Positions 28,393-36,571 of a DNA stretch of 64,000 nt are shown piece after piece. The notes beneath the pieces were generated by a model, which was not told the origin of the DNA, searched no databases, and saw only the letters and a program-made list of their open reading frames with translations. Every line of letters begins with the position of its first letter. Position 1 is the stretch's first letter. Source of the stretch: Escherichia phage ECBP1. The translations under genes were made by a program, and so were the position numbers. The stretch lies in the sequence record NC_018854.1; one strand, 5' to 3'.

Positions 28393-30542
28393 GTATTGAC
28401 CTGACCGGAGTCACTCACCACCCTGCAATTGAAGAAATTGTAGACGTGCTGTGTAACAAGACACAAAACAACGACAGAGGATTCTTCCGTGTCGAAGTAG
28501 CCTACTTCCTGGCTAAAATGGCATCCTGCATGGGTGCAACCATTGTCACTAAAGACCGTGGTGACTTACCAGTCAACATTTACGCTATGGCATTAGCAAC
28601 GTCTGGCTTCGGTAAAGGTCACTCGGTAAATATTATTGAAGACGGCTTCATGACTGGCTTCCGTAAACGTTTTATGGAAGACACCATGCCCGTCATTGCA
28701 AATGACCGTTTATGGAAGATTGCTAACGAACGTGCTGCTCGACAAGGTACAGACCAGAATGATGAGTTTGATAAAGTCGAAGCAGAGTATAAACGTGCTG
28801 GAGCATATCCGTTTACGTTTGACTCTGGTACTCCACCAGCAGTTAAACAGCTACGACATAAGCTGTTAATGGCTGGGTGTGGTTCAATCAACCTACAGAT
28901 TGATGAAATTGGTTCAAACCTGTTGGCTAACACGGATGTATTAACTCTGTTCCTGGAATTATATGACCAGGGTAAGGTTAAACAGAAGTTAACCAAGAAC
29001 ACTGCTGAAAGTGTTCGTGGTGAAGAACTGGATGGTAAGACTCCAGCTAACCTGTTGCTGTTTGGCACGCCAAGTAAGCTACTAGATGGTGGTCAGACCG
29101 AAGACCAGTTCTATGACTTTCTGGATACAGGGTATGCACGTCGTTGCTTATTTGCCATTGGGCATTTAGATAAACGAGCACATGCAACAATGTCCCCAGA
29201 AGAAATCTACCGTAACCTGATTAAGCAGGATAACGTACAGTCTCTGGGTAAGTGGGCTAATCACTTCCACAGTCTGGCTGATCCAAACTTGTTCGGCTTT
29301 AAGATGGTTGTAGAAGATGCTGTGGGTATTGCTCTGATTACTTACAAGATCGATTGTGAGAAACAAGCAGAAGCTATGGCTGACCACGAAGAAATTCGTA
29401 AGGCTGAAATCTCCCACCGTTACTTTAAAGCTCTTAAGCTGGCTGGAGCACTGGCATTTGTTGACCAAAGTTCATTCATTGAAATGTCTCATCTTAAACA
29501 AGCAATCTTGCTTGTAGAAGAATCCGGGGCAGCATTCCAGGGTATTCTCAATCGTGAGAAAGCCTATGTGAAGCTGGCTAAGTATATCGCTTCTGTAGGT
29601 AAAGAAGTGACTCATGCTGACTTACTGGAGTCGTTGCCGTTCTATAAGAGTGGCAATGCAGCTCGTAATGAGATGATGACTCTTGCTACAGCATGGGGAT
29701 ACAAACAGCACATCATCATTAAGAAAACTTTTAATGAAGGTATTGAGTTCTTCCGTGGAGAGACTCTGAAAGAGACTGACATCAATGAGATGATAGTGGC
29801 CTATAGTGATAGCTTTGCTTATGACTACATTGGTGAACGTGTACCGTTCGACCAGTTGCATGTATTAACCCAAGCTCCCGGTATGCACTGGGTAAACCAT
29901 CACATGAAGAACGGGCATCGTTCCGAAGAGAACGTTATTCCAGGATTTAACATGATTGTTATTGACTGTGATGGTGGAGTACCACTGCATACGTGCCATG
30001 AACTGATGAAGGAATATAAGTTCATGACCTATACCACTAAACGTCATTCTGATGAAGAGAACCGCTTCCGACTGATTATTCCAATGAACTATGAGTTACA
30101 CCTCGACACTGAGGAATACAAAGAGTTTATGAATAACGTTATGTCTTGGCTACCGTTCGAAACGGATGAATCTGCTAACCAGCGAGCCAAGAAATGGATG
30201 TCCTGTGAGACTGGTTCCTATCATTACAATCTTGAAGCAAATCTGTTGGACGTGCGTGACTTTATTCCTCGTACTAGTAAGAACGAGCAGTTCCAGAACC
30301 AGATGAAGGAAGTACAGTCGTTGGATAATCTGGAGCGTTGGTTCGCTAGTCGTATTGCTACCGGTAATCGTAATAATCAAATGATTAAGTACGCACTGGC
30401 ATTGGTTGACAGTGGTTGGGATTTTGCCCAAGTACAGCAAGCCGTCCACTCATTCAATAAGAAACTGGCTAATCCATTACCAGATGATGAATTGAATGCA
30501 ACCGTAATGGTCACCGTGGCTAAACGCTTCGCTGGCAAATAA
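28389..30542 (+). CDS. DNA primase-like replication protein (N4 gp43-like by position)
   Basis: Start set at the ATG overlapping the upstream stop (track 28332); VIDCDGG acidic motif; size and synteny. Confidence 0.45.
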   Translation: MSIDLTGVTHHPAIEEIVDVLCNKTQNNDRGFFRVEVAYFLAKMASCMGATIVTKDRGDLPVNIYAMALATSGFGKGHSVNIIEDGFMTGFRKRFMEDTMPVIANDRLWKIANERAARQGTDQNDEFDKVEAEYKRAGAYPFTFDSGTPPAVKQLRHKLLMAGCGSINLQIDEIGSNLLANTDVLTLFLELYDQGKVKQKLTKNTAESVRGEELDGKTPANLLLFGTPSKLLDGGQTEDQFYDFLDTGYARRCLFAIGHLDKRAHATMSPEEIYRNLIKQDNVQSLGKWANHFHSLADPNLFGFKMVVEDAVGIALITYKIDCEKQAEAMADHEEIRKAEISHRYFKALKLAGALAFVDQSSFIEMSHLKQAILLVEESGAAFQGILNREKAYVKLAKYIASVGKEVTHADLLESLPFYKSGNAARNEMMTLATAWGYKQHIIIKKTFNEGIEFFRGETLKETDINEMIVAYSDSFAYDYIGERVPFDQLHVLTQAPGMHWVNHHMKNGHRSEENVIPGFNMIVIDCDGGVPLHTCHELMKEYKFMTYTTKRHSDEENRFRLIIPMNYELHLDTEEYKEFMNNVMSWLPFETDESANQRAKKWMSCETGSYHYNLEANLLDVRDFIPRTSKNEQFQNQMKEVQSLDNLERWFASRIATGNRNNQMIKYALALVDSGWDFAQVQQAVHSFNKKLANPLPDDELNATVMVTVAKRFAGK

Positions 30543-30598
30543 GCAAACAGGAGTCTTTCTTTGGTTTGAAGGACTCCTAAATTAAATGAGGAAAAATA

Positions 30599-31351
30599 AT
30601 GTCCGAAGTAATTCCCAATGATATGAACACTCAGCTAATCCTGATTGCAGGATTCTCAGCGAGTGGTAAATCAGCATCACTGCGTAACATCAGGAACCAG
30701 GAACGCTGGCTCTATCTGAACACTGAGGCAGGTAAACGTCTACCTTTCCGTAACAAGTTCAATACCTACAACATCGAAGACCCATACCAAATCTGGGAAG
30801 CATTTGATGTTGCATCTCCTGGTGGAGAAATGGCAGATGATGTTGATGGTATCATCATTGACTCAGCAACTTTTATGATGGATATGCTGGAATCCCAGTA
30901 TGTTCTGCCTTCTGCAAACACGCAAAAGGCATGGGGGGATTTTGCACAGTTCTTTAAGATACTGCTGCAACAAAAAGTCGTTAAGTTTGGTAAGCCAGTA
31001 ATCATTACTGCTCATGCTAAAGACGAACTGGATGAAGCTGCTGGTGTGATGAAAACGTTCATCCCAGTGAAAGGCTCTCTGAAGAATAACGGGCTTGAAG
31101 CCTACTTCTCTACAGTGGTTTACGCAGAACGTGTAGACATTAAAGAACTGGAGAAGTATGGAAACAAGATGCTTGAAATTACGGAGGAAGAACGTGATTT
31201 AGGCTATAAACATGTATTCCAGACCCGTCCAACCAAGAAGTCTGTTGGTAAACGACTTCGTTCTCCTATGGGTATGTTCGATAAGTCCGAGACTTACATT
31301 GATAACGATGCCCAGAAACTCTTAGACCACCTGGCTGAATACTACGCTTAA
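30599..31351 (+). CDS. P-loop ATPase (RecA/Sak4-like)
   Basis: Walker A GFSASGKS; Walker B-like IIIDSAT. Confidence 0.5.
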   Translation: MSEVIPNDMNTQLILIAGFSASGKSASLRNIRNQERWLYLNTEAGKRLPFRNKFNTYNIEDPYQIWEAFDVASPGGEMADDVDGIIIDSATFMMDMLESQYVLPSANTQKAWGDFAQFFKILLQQKVVKFGKPVIITAHAKDELDEAAGVMKTFIPVKGSLKNNGLEAYFSTVVYAERVDIKELEKYGNKMLEITEEERDLGYKHVFQTRPTKKSVGKRLRSPMGMFDKSETYIDNDAQKLLDHLAEYYA

Positions 31352-31390
31352 GCGTTTGTCTGGTTGTTAATCACTTATTAGGAAAATCAT

Positions 31391-32194
31391 ATGTCATTGT
31401 TCAGTAATCTGAAAGAAAAAACCAAAAACGTTGAAGCTGCTAAAGACTCTCTAGGTGGTGGTGGCTTCGGTGCAAAAGAAACCGATATCTACACTGGTAC
31501 TGTAAAAGTAGCTTACGTAGGCAAAGCTGATTCTGGTGCAGACTGGATGCAGTTAATTATTGAAGACCTGAAAAACTCTGATGGCGTGCCTGCTGGCGAG
31601 TTCCGTGCTCAGGTGTACTTCACTTCTGGTAATGCTAAAGGCAACAAGCCGACTTACGAGAAAAATGGTAAAGAGTACTTCCTGCCTGGCTACACTGTCA
31701 TTAACGACATGATGCTGATGGCTACTGGTACTGAACTGCCTGAAGCAGACTTCGAAGAGAAGATTGTTAAAGTCTACGACTACGACGCTAAAGCAGAAGT
31801 TAATAAATCTGTCATGGTTCCAGTTGACCTGGTAGGCCAGACTGTTACCTTCGCTCTGGAAAAAGTTCTGGAAAACAAGCAGGTTAAAGGCGACAACGGT
31901 TATGTAGACTCTGACGAAACTCGTGAAGTAAACGAGATTCAGAAAGTGTTTCACCCGGAACTGCTGGTCACAGTCGTCGAGGCTCAGGAAGCAGAGAAGG
32001 CTGAAAAAGAACTAACCCCAGAACTGGCTGTATTCTATGCAGCATGGCTGGAAAAGAACAAAGGCAAAACTCGTGACAAGACTAAGAGTTCTGCTGGTGG
32101 TAATGGTAAAGGTGGCTTGCCTCCTAAACCAGGTGCAGGTGCTGGCACGGGTACTGCTCCTGCTGGTGGTAAATCACTGTTTGGTAAACGTTAA
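31391..32194 (+). CDS. single-stranded DNA-binding protein (by synteny and size)
   Basis: 267 aa with Gly-rich flexible C-terminal tail; position matches N4 SSB as recalled. Confidence 0.4.
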   Translation: MSLFSNLKEKTKNVEAAKDSLGGGGFGAKETDIYTGTVKVAYVGKADSGADWMQLIIEDLKNSDGVPAGEFRAQVYFTSGNAKGNKPTYEKNGKEYFLPGYTVINDMMLMATGTELPEADFEEKIVKVYDYDAKAEVNKSVMVPVDLVGQTVTFALEKVLENKQVKGDNGYVDSDETREVNEIQKVFHPELLVTVVEAQEAEKAEKELTPELAVFYAAWLEKNKGKTRDKTKSSAGGNGKGGLPPKPGAGAGTGTAPAGGKSLFGKR

Positions 32195-32748
32195 TGAAAA
32201 TCCCAATTGTCGGTGCAGACATTAGTCTCCGCAATTGGGGTTTAGCTCGTGGGATGCTGGACATTGAGTCCGGCGTCTTCGAGCAGGTCGAACTTAAACT
32301 GGTTCAAACTGAAGTTGACCACAACAAACAAGTTCGAACCAACTCCAAAGATATACAAGCCGCTCACGATTTGTTTCTTGGTTGTGAGGAATGGTTACGG
32401 TCTGCTAAAGCAGTATTCGTAGAAGTACCAGTAGGCTCTCAGTCTGCTAACGGTATGAAATCCTATGGCGTATGCGTAGGATTAATAGGTGCATTTCGTG
32501 CATTGGGTTGTCCAATCTTTGAAGTATCCCCAATTGAAAACAAACTTGCACTGGTCGGTGATAAAACTGCATCTAAGGACACGATGATTCGTGCTGCTCA
32601 TGCCATCTATCCTGAAGCCAACTGGCTCACAGATAAGAAGGGCAAACTTCTGAATAAGAATGAGCACTTAGCTGATGCAATCGGTGCAATCCATGCTGGT
32701 GTAAATCTCCCAGCTTTCCAAAACCTCCTTAATTTAATAAAGGCATAA
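32194..32748 (+). CDS. RuvC-like Holliday junction resolvase
   Basis: N-terminal MKIPIVGADISLRNWGLA resembles the RuvC-family start. Confidence 0.4.
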   Translation: MKIPIVGADISLRNWGLARGMLDIESGVFEQVELKLVQTEVDHNKQVRTNSKDIQAAHDLFLGCEEWLRSAKAVFVEVPVGSQSANGMKSYGVCVGLIGAFRALGCPIFEVSPIENKLALVGDKTASKDTMIRAAHAIYPEANWLTDKKGKLLNKNEHLADAIGAIHAGVNLPAFQNLLNLIKA

Positions 32749-32749
32749 C

Positions 32750-33190
32750 ATGCAAATCATTTTGAACCAGTCCGAAGTAGAAGCTGCTGTACAGGCTTAT
32801 GTCGATGATCAAATCAATCTTGCTGGTGACATCAATATTGTCATCAATGCAGACGGTACAGCTTCCGTTGGTATCAACGAAGAGGTTCATGAAGATACTC
32901 CACCCGTGGGAGTAGAGAAGAAAACTCGTCGTTCTCGTAAGAACCCACAGGAAGCTAAACATCGTCCGGTAGAACCAGAGCCGGAAGAAGTAGTTGAAGA
33001 GGTAAAGGTAGAAGAAACCCAGACCTCTACTGGTGGTCAGAACGAGAGTTCTACGCCGGAACCTGAAGAAGAAGCAGTATCTGAACCAGAAGCACAAGAA
33101 GAAGTTGTGCAGGAAGAGGCTAAGGCTGAAGAACCAGCAGAGAAACCTGCTACTAAGCCTTCACTGTTCGCTGGCCTTAAACGTAGTTAA
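32750..33190 (+). CDS. acidic low-complexity protein
   Basis: Ordered N-terminal 45 aa followed by an E/P-rich tail (PEPEEVVEEVKVEE...). Confidence 0.5.
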   Translation: MQIILNQSEVEAAVQAYVDDQINLAGDINIVINADGTASVGINEEVHEDTPPVGVEKKTRRSRKNPQEAKHRPVEPEPEEVVEEVKVEETQTSTGGQNESSTPEPEEEAVSEPEAQEEVVQEEAKAEEPAEKPATKPSLFAGLKRS

Positions 33191-33421
33191 TCTGGTAGGT
33201 GGCTCAGAAGCTGCTGCTAGGTGTGGTAGTGTTTATAGTCCTGATGCTACTACTGGTCAGGATTATAGACGTGTCGGCTCCATACATAGCTTTTATCATC
33301 ACTGTCATTATCCTGTGGAAATGCAGTGGTAAACACGGTGGTGACAAGCCGCCAGAGTAACAACAACCGAACCAGTGTGCAGGAATACTCTCCCCTGTGC
33401 ATTGGTTCAACTGAGGCTAAT

Positions 33422-33592
33422 ATGAACAAATTTACTATTCACTGGCTCAATGGAAAGGTTAGTTCTTTCATGGGTGGAGAACCCGTTGAAGGAAAGAAAG
33501 CATTTCACATTGAATCGGAAGGATGCAAAATCTTAGTACCGTATGCTTGGTATAAAGAAGGTGAAGTAGAAGCATTAAAAAAGAGTAGTTAA
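33422..33592 (+). CDS. small hypothetical protein
   Basis: ATG preceded by GAGG; track start 33326 is probably over-extended. Confidence 0.3.
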   Translation: MNKFTIHWLNGKVSSFMGGEPVEGKKAFHIESEGCKILVPYAWYKEGEVEALKKSS

Positions 33593-34010
33593 TATCGTGA
33601 AGGGTTCTGTTAGAATCCTTTGAGATAGGAACTCCTATCATAACCTTTCTTATCTTAATCTTTGCCGTATGGCACTGACGCTAGGGTTTATGCCCATCCG
33701 TCAGGTAGACTATTTTAAGAATGGGTTATCACAGAAAATGTAAAGCAACATTCGGGTTAATCAATGGCCTCTCCCTATAGGGGCCATTTCTGAATGATAG
33801 GCTATATCCCAAAGGTTAGTATCTTTGGGATAAGGCTTCAGATCCCTTATCAAACTAACCTCTCAATGTTGAGCATTTTAATCACATAAGCCCCTATATG
33901 GGCTGGGTTAAATGTCGGATAGCATAGCTACCTACAGCATCGAATTGTTAGGTCTTACATGCAACATAGGGTATAAAGGGAGGACTCGTCCCCTCCCTCC
34001 TATTATAATG

Positions 34011-34080
34011 GTCGAGGTAGCACGTAGGCATGTGCAGATGGTCGCTACTTCTCTCGCTGGTTCGAATCCAGCCCCCGACC
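34011..34080 (+). other. tRNA-like element (T-arm and acceptor present; no canonical anticodon arm)
   Basis: T-arm gctgg-ttcgaat-ccagc; 6 of 7 acceptor pairs; D-arm-like gcac-gtaggcat-gtgc; preceded by TATAAT. Confidence 0.3.
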
Positions 34081-34371
34081 TATTGACATCCTATCAATGA
34101 GTACATTAAGCTAACGTGCGGAGGTTTACACTATAGCTGGTGTAGGTGGAGAAGACGGCAGGGTAGCTACCTGTGCTTAGTGTACTCTTTGATAGTTTTC
34201 GTAAGCGATTATGCGGTTTTTTAGAAACGAACCAATAACATAAATGCAAACGATGATGTTGTTCTGATGGCAGCCTAATAAGCCAAGCGTCAGTCGGGAG
34301 TGAGTCGTCCTGATTATCAAACGACCATGGAGTGTCCTCGTCCGTGTATTAGAAACGGGGAGTTAATCAAT

Positions 34372-34450
34372 GGTGTGTGATAGCTCAAATAGGTAGAGCG
34401 TGAGGCTACAGTGCTGAATGGTTTGTGGGTTCGATTCCCACCCATGCCTA
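34372..34450 (+). other. tRNA-like element (D-arm and T-arm present; anticodon arm not foldable)
   Basis: D-arm tagctcaaataggtagagc; T-arm gtggg-ttcgatt-cccac; acceptor 6 of 7 with wrong spacing. Confidence 0.3.
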
Positions 34451-34516
34451 CAGTCCAGACGATATCTGAGTGACTATAAAAACAGATGGAGCCAGGTGGA
34501 ATCCCTGGCAATTAAT

Positions 34517-34582
34517 TCCGGTGTAGGTACTAGTGTCGTGCACGGCATAAGTGTTCTGGTTCGAGTCCAGACGCCGGAACCA
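34517..34582 (+). other. tRNA-like minihelix (acceptor + T-arm + encoded CCA; body too short)
   Basis: Acceptor tccggtg / cgccgga; T-arm tctgg-ttcgagt-ccaga; CCA encoded; only 31 nt between acceptor and T-arm. Confidence 0.3.
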
Positions 34583-34584
34583 AT

Positions 34585-34708
34585 TATCAGTTGCACGAGA
34601 TGGCTTGATATGTTCAAGTTTGGACTAAGTGTGACACCGCTAGATTGGAGAGCTGCTGCGGTAAGCTATAGACTCCAACCGGGGGTTCGAATCCCTCACT
34701 GATAACCA
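34585..34708 (+). other. tRNA-like element, about 121 nt with encoded CCA (too long for a canonical tRNA)
   Basis: Perfect 7-bp acceptor tatcagt / actgata; T-arm ggggg-ttcgaat-ccctc; CCA encoded. Confidence 0.3.
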
Positions 34709-35153
34709 ATTCAAAGTAGCATTGCACTAATCCATCCCGGAGTTCAAAGGCCAAACATGGAGCAGTGCTACTTTGAATTAGAAAGATTATGGGGGTAAGT
34801 CGTAACCATACGACGGCGTAAGTACCAGATGAGACTTCTGGACGCCCCTACCAGATTTGGGGTGTAACAGTTAAATCCAGTTGCCGGAAGTGCTATTCTA
34901 GATACGCTGCCAATGTGTGAACGGTAAGGCTGTACAGGACTCGGACTCCCGCCTCAAACCAAAGTCGCCAGGTACTTATGGCAAACGGGTAGTAACGAAC
35001 TAGTCATTCGTCAAACGCCCACCCTATTATGAGTCAGCAAGAACGCCTTCACTTAAACTTAAACAATATAAGCTTAACGCAATAATTATGTAGGGGTATG
35101 TAAGGATTGCGAAGAAGGAGCCAGTTAAAGTCTGGCATGACTCACTCATTTAT

Positions 35154-35227
35154 GCCCACTTAGCTTAGACGGGGAAAGCAACCGACTAATAATCGGAAGG
35201 TCACTGGTTCAAATCCAGTAGTGGGTA
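35154..35227 (+). tRNA. tRNA, canonical 74-nt cloverleaf; anticodon reads AAU (Ile) by standard numbering, unusual A34
   Basis: Acceptor gcccact / agtgggt; D-arm gctt-agacgggga-aagc; anticodon arm accga-ctaataa-tcgga; T-arm actgg-ttcaaat-ccagt. Confidence 0.6.
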
Positions 35228-35454
35228 CTTATTAATAGAGAACATAGTCCTGATTGCATTGCACTCTAAAGACAATGCCGGTGAGACAGTCCGGCACTCT
35301 AATTATTGAAAACATACCTAACGGTGTGAGTATGAGCAGACTATAATGCTCAATTACAGTTAACTATTATCGGACTATCAATCCTGTTTGCTGGTACAAG
35401 CACCGGTGGTAATAGTTAACTGGCCTAGCCTCGTTAGCTGCGTTAAAGCTACTA

Positions 35455-35484
35455 AGTCCCTCTTCGGAGGGACTTTTTTATTTG
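35455..35484 (+). terminator. intrinsic terminator ending the tRNA island
   Basis: agtccctc-ttcg-gagggact followed by ttttttattt. Confidence 0.65.
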
Positions 35485-35531
35485 AGTATTGATGAACGCA
35501 ATCATGCTTAAGTACAAATTCAAACCACTCT

Positions 35532-35924
35532 ATGAGGCTAATAATGGCAACAGTAAGTAAAGAAGCAATCGAAGCTAAGATTAAGAGCGTTTACTATTTT
35601 AATGGTGCTGATGCAGTGAAATCTGCATTCGTTGATCCTTCTGCACTCCCGGCAGATGATTTGGCTAACCTGGGTCTGGTAACCTATTGTGTTATCATTC
35701 TGGAAAACAATTTTAAAGTTGAAGGTGTATCTGCTTGCGTAGACCCAACTATCTATGATGAGCAGTTAGGTCGCCAGTATGCATATGAAAATGCATTCAA
35801 TAAGATTTGGGAATTAGAGGGCTACCTACTACGTCAGGCACTGCATGAGAAGGAAGAGACTGCTAAAGCTTTGGCTTCCTTTGCAGAAAACAATACCTGT
35901 GATGGTGGTGGTTGTACAATTTGA
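35532..35924 (+). CDS. hypothetical 130-aa protein (possibly the N4 gp49 family, by position and size)
   Basis: Last-but-one plus-strand gene before the vRNAP; family assignment from memory only. Confidence 0.45.
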   Translation: MRLIMATVSKEAIEAKIKSVYYFNGADAVKSAFVDPSALPADDLANLGLVTYCVIILENNFKVEGVSACVDPTIYDEQLGRQYAYENAFNKIWELEGYLLRQALHEKEETAKALASFAENNTCDGGGCTI

Positions 35925-36043
35925 TTCAAAGGTGTATGGTAGTTTTTACCGAAAGGTACTGAACTACCCGACAAAGTAGTAAGGCTCATGAAGCCAAAAC
36001 AAAACAAGCCCTCCTAGTGAGGGCTTTCTCATTTGAGGTAGTT

Positions 36044-36535
36044 ATGTCAGAAGAAATTAAAGTCCATTTCACCAACTACATTGGAACCAAGTGTGTAAAT
36101 GGTTTTCCGATGAGCAAAGAAACATACTGCAAACTTCGTGGTTGGGATGTACCAGCAGATGAAGACCCGCTAGAAGAAGGCTACTTAGTCGAGTATCCAG
36201 ACTCTAAGTCCAACCATCCCCAATTCCGTGGCTATATTAGCTGGTCACCTAAAGCTGCATTCGAAGCTGCATACCGTGACGTAGAAAAAGGTTGTACCTT
36301 TGGTCATGCAGTAGAGCTTCTCAAATCAGGCTTTAGAATGACCCGTAAAGGTTGGAACGGAAAAGGAATGTATATCACCTTAGTATCTGGTGAAAATTGG
36401 GCCATGGATAAACATGAAAATACCGTTTGTGAGAAACGGGATTGGCTGGGTATTAAAACCGTTGATAACCAGTTTATGCCATGGGTTCCATCTCAATCAG
36501 ATGTATTAGCAGAAGATTGGGTGTTAGCTCAGTAA
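36044..36535 (+). CDS. DUF2829 (Tad2-like) protein with about 90-aa N-terminal extension
   Basis: C-terminal half GHAVELLKSGFRMTRKGWNGKGMYITLV...FMPWVPSQSDVLAEDWVLAQ matches the recalled DUF2829 pattern; ATG start chosen (track GTG start lies inside a hairpin). Confidence 0.5.
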   Translation: MSEEIKVHFTNYIGTKCVNGFPMSKETYCKLRGWDVPADEDPLEEGYLVEYPDSKSNHPQFRGYISWSPKAAFEAAYRDVEKGCTFGHAVELLKSGFRMTRKGWNGKGMYITLVSGENWAMDKHENTVCEKRDWLGIKTVDNQFMPWVPSQSDVLAEDWVLAQ

Positions 36536-36542
36536 AAATAAA

Positions 36543-36571
36543 AGCCCCTCATTAGAGGGGCTTTTTCATTT
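36543..36571. terminator. bidirectional intrinsic terminator between the converging plus and minus blocks
   Basis: agcccctc-atta-gaggggct with an A-tract upstream and T-tract downstream. Confidence 0.65.

Noticed and set aside
33033-33410. Basic low-complexity ORF 33033-33332 and antisense ORF 33204-33410
   Set aside because: 33033-33332 is an alternative-frame reading of the E/P-rich acidic gene's repetitive DNA; neither has start-context support.
33912-34702. Short ORFs inside the tRNA-like island (33912-34100, 34317-34511, 34418-34702)
   Set aside because: They run through T-arm and acceptor-like RNA structures and hairpins; the region is better explained as non-coding RNA.
34517-34708. 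Calling the 63-nt and 121-nt T-arm/acceptor units bona fide tRNA genes
   Set aside because: A canonical D-arm and anticodon arm could not be folded; they are kept as tRNA-like elements pending computational folding.
36017-36043. Track start (GTG) of the DUF2829 gene at 36017
   Set aside because: It lies inside the stem of the hairpin that follows the upstream gene; the in-frame ATG about 27 nt downstream is preferred.
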